Shown: positions 62,215 through 64,000 of the stretch, one piece after another | How positions within the stretch are numbered: position 1 is the stretch's first letter | Layout of the letters: every line of letters starts with the position of its first letter | Assembly: GCA_937766455.1 (NCBI GenBank) | Contig: CALLXD010000015.1 | Coordinates: 700 to 64,699 of the forward strand | From: Vicinamibacterales bacterium | Lineage (GTDB): Bacteria; Acidobacteriota; Vicinamibacteria; Vicinamibacterales; UBA8438 | Direction: 5' to 3' | Length of the DNA: 64,000 nucleotides | Notes under the pieces: model-generated | Seen by the model: only the letters and a program-made list of their open reading frames with translations | Told to the model about the DNA's origin: nothing | The model's database searches: none | Program-made: the position numbers and the translations under genes

Positions 62215-64000
62215 GTGACGCTATTCCGCCAGTTCATCGTGCGCGCGTTGGTCCGAGACCCGAGGCGCAGCCTGGCGACGGTGGCCGGTCTGACGCTTGG
62301 AGTCGCGGTGGTCATTGCCATCCGGCTGGCGAACGCCGGTTCGATCCGTGGGTTCGAAGCGGCCCTGGATGTGGTGGCCGGGCAGACCTCGTTGGAAATT
62401 GTCGGGGCGGGCGTCGGCGTGCCGGACGGCCAGCTCGAACATCTCGGGTGGTTGCGCGACTACGGGCTCGTGAGCCCGCTCATCGCGCGCACGGCCCGGT
62501 TGCGTGCGCCAGACGGGACCGAGCAACCGCTCCAGGTTCTCGGGATTGACGTGCTGCGAGACCGGCCGTTCCGCGAGTACCAGTTGGTGGAGTTCGCGCG
62601 TGGGGGGCGCGACCCCAGCGCGCAGGAGCTGCTGGCTCTCCTGTTGGATTCACGCTCAGTGGTGCTCACTGAGCGGTTCGCGACGCGTCACGGGATTGAG
62701 CTCGGCAGCGCGGTGGAGCTGGTCATCGGCGACCGCGTGCACGACGCGCTGGTGCGCGGGTTGTTGCTCGACGAGGGCCCGGCGCGGGTCGTCGACGGGC
62801 AGCTCGCCCTGCTGGACGTCGCGGTCGCGCAGTTGCTCTTCGACCGAATCGGCTGGTTGGATCGAGTGGAGATTCAGCTGCACGACGCCACCGCCATCGA
62901 CGAGGCGGAGCAGGCCATCGCGGCCAGACTGCCCGACGGTCTCCGCGTGCAGCGTCCCGCGCAACGTGGCCGTCAGGTCGAGAAGATGCTCGCGGCGTTT
63001 CATTTCAACCTGACCGCGCTGTCCTACATCGCGTTGGTCGTCGGATTGTTTCTTGTCTACAACACGGTCGCGGTGTCGGTCATCTCGCGGAGACGCGAGA
63101 TTGGGACGCTGCGCGCGCTGGGCGCAACGCGGCGCAGGTTGCTCGGTCTGTTTCTCGGCGAGGCCGCGCTGCTCGCCGGATTGGGTACCGCCGTCGGGGT
63201 TCCCGCCGGGTGGCTCCTGGCCCAGGGTGCGATCGCGCTGACGTCCACCACGGTCAACGCGCTCTACATCACCTCCGCCGCGACGGTGCCACCGCTGGCC
63301 TGGTTTGACCTGCTGCTGGCGGGTGGCGTGGCGATCCCACTGGCGCTGGCCGCCGCGGCGATCCCGGCGCTGGAAGGGGCCCGCGTGACCCCAATTGCGG
63401 CTGTGCGTGGAGCCGACCGTTTCGCCTCAGACCAGCGCCAGCGCATGGGGCGGGTGGCGCTGGTGGCCGCGGTGTTGTTCGGGCTGGCGGGGTGGCTCTC
63501 CACCTTGGACCCGGTCGGTGGGTTGCCGCTCTACGGCCTGGGTGCCGCACTCGCCGTGATTGGGGGGGGCGCGGCCCTGGTGCCCCTCCTGTTGACGTGG
63601 CTACGGCGTGTGGGACGCCGGGCCTTCGTGCGCTGGTTCAAGGTCGAGGGGATGCTGGCACACGCGAACCTGTCTGCATCGGTCGGGCGGCTGACCGTCT
63701 CGGTGGCGGCCCTGGTCGTGAGCCTGGCGATGCTGGCGGCCATTGCGATCATGGTCGGCAGCTTTCGCGACACGGTGACCTACTGGGTAGGACAGACTCT
63801 GCGTGCGGACCTCTTCGTGTCCGCCGCCGGTCGCGGACCCGCTGGACCGTCCCCCACGATCTCCAGCGATGCCGAGCGGCGGGTCGCGGCGCATCCATCG
63901 GTCGTGGCGATCGACCAGTTTCAGAGCGTCGACCTGCCGTACGGTGCCGACGGCGATCTCATCATCCTGGGCGCCGGCAATTTCGAGGTGCTGCTGGAGC
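62215..64000 (+). CDS. FtsX/MacB-type ABC transporter permease (large, two-FtsX-domain type); 3' end beyond the window
   Basis: Not in the ORF track because it is open at the right edge. My translation from GTG 62215 reads MTLFRQFIVRALVRDPRRSLATVAGLTLGVAVVIAIRLAN. It continues ...LSYIALVVGLFLVYNTVAVSVISRRREIGTLRALGATRRRLLGLFLGEAALLAG... and into a second TM block. Confidence 0.88.
   Translation, partial: MTLFRQFIVRALVRDPRRSLATVAGLTLGVAVVIAIRLANAGSIRGFEAALDVVAGQTSLEIVGAGVGVPDGQLEHLGWLRDYGLVSPLIARTARLRAPDGTEQPLQVLGIDVLRDRPFREYQLVEFARGGRDPSAQELLALLLDSRSVVLTERFATRHGIELGSAVELVIGDRVHDALVRGLLLDEGPARVVDGQLALLDVAVAQLLFDRIGWLDRVEIQLHDATAIDEAEQAIAARLPDGLRVQRPAQRGRQVEKMLAAFHFNLTALSYIALVVGLFLVYNTVAVSVISRRREIGTLRALGATRRRLLGLFLGEAALLAGLGTAVGVPAGWLLAQGAIALTSTTVNALYITSAATVPPLAWFDLLLAGGVAIPLALAAAAIPALEGARVTPIAAVRGADRFASDQRQRMGRVALVAAVLFGLAGWLSTLDPVGGLPLYGLGAALAVIGGGAALVPLLLTWLRRVGRRAFVRWFKVEGMLAHANLSASVGRLTVSVAALVVSLAMLAAIAIMVGSFRDTVTYWVGQTLRADLFVSAAGRGPAGPSPTISSDAERRVAAHPSVVAIDQFQSVDLPYGADGDLIILGAGNFEVLLE

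Overview
High-GC (roughly two-thirds G+C by eye) bacterial chromosomal segment, densely coding, with about 57 protein genes. I found no rRNA, tRNA, CRISPR array, transposase, integrase or phage genes. Several markers suggest Acidobacteriota-like (inference only): an acidobacterial-type VWA protein, many exported redox proteins, PQQ-like propellers and prepilin-like proteins. Content is mostly accessory metabolism and envelope or redox functions. These include nadE and dut; CoA-transferase, thiolase and tannase-family esterase; DASS and NhaC transporters; a CDF exporter; amidohydrolases; a PQQ dehydrogenase; c-di-GMP signalling proteins; and a MacB-type ABC exporter.

Main observations:
1. A DsbA/FrnE-family oxidoreductase (43799-44452) has an in-frame TGA where the first Cys of its CPWC redox motif should be. 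An 8-bp hairpin lies 12 nt downstream. I read this as a selenoprotein (UPWC) that ORF callers truncate.
2. A tight cluster of exported or membrane proteins of unknown function sits at 55921-58999: class II cytochrome c, two paralogous 4-TM proteins, a secreted ~30 kDa protein, and a small DUF6152-like protein whose mature N-terminus is His-His. It follows a second cytochrome c' paralogue and a multiply frameshifted PepSY-TM gene.
3. A three-gene operon encodes a heme-c-fused, PHM/DBH-like copper monooxygenase. A PAL-like NHL propeller lies elsewhere in the window.
4. A fatty-acid desaturase is followed by an intramembrane-sensing histidine kinase, an OmpR-type regulator, a membrane protein and the selenoprotein.
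5. Frameshifts or indels affect ypfJ (C6 homopolymer) and the PepSY-TM gene, and a lipoprotein signal peptide lacks an in-frame start codon.

All family assignments come from motif recognition by eye. No searches were run. Start codons are uncertain by a few codons in many genes.
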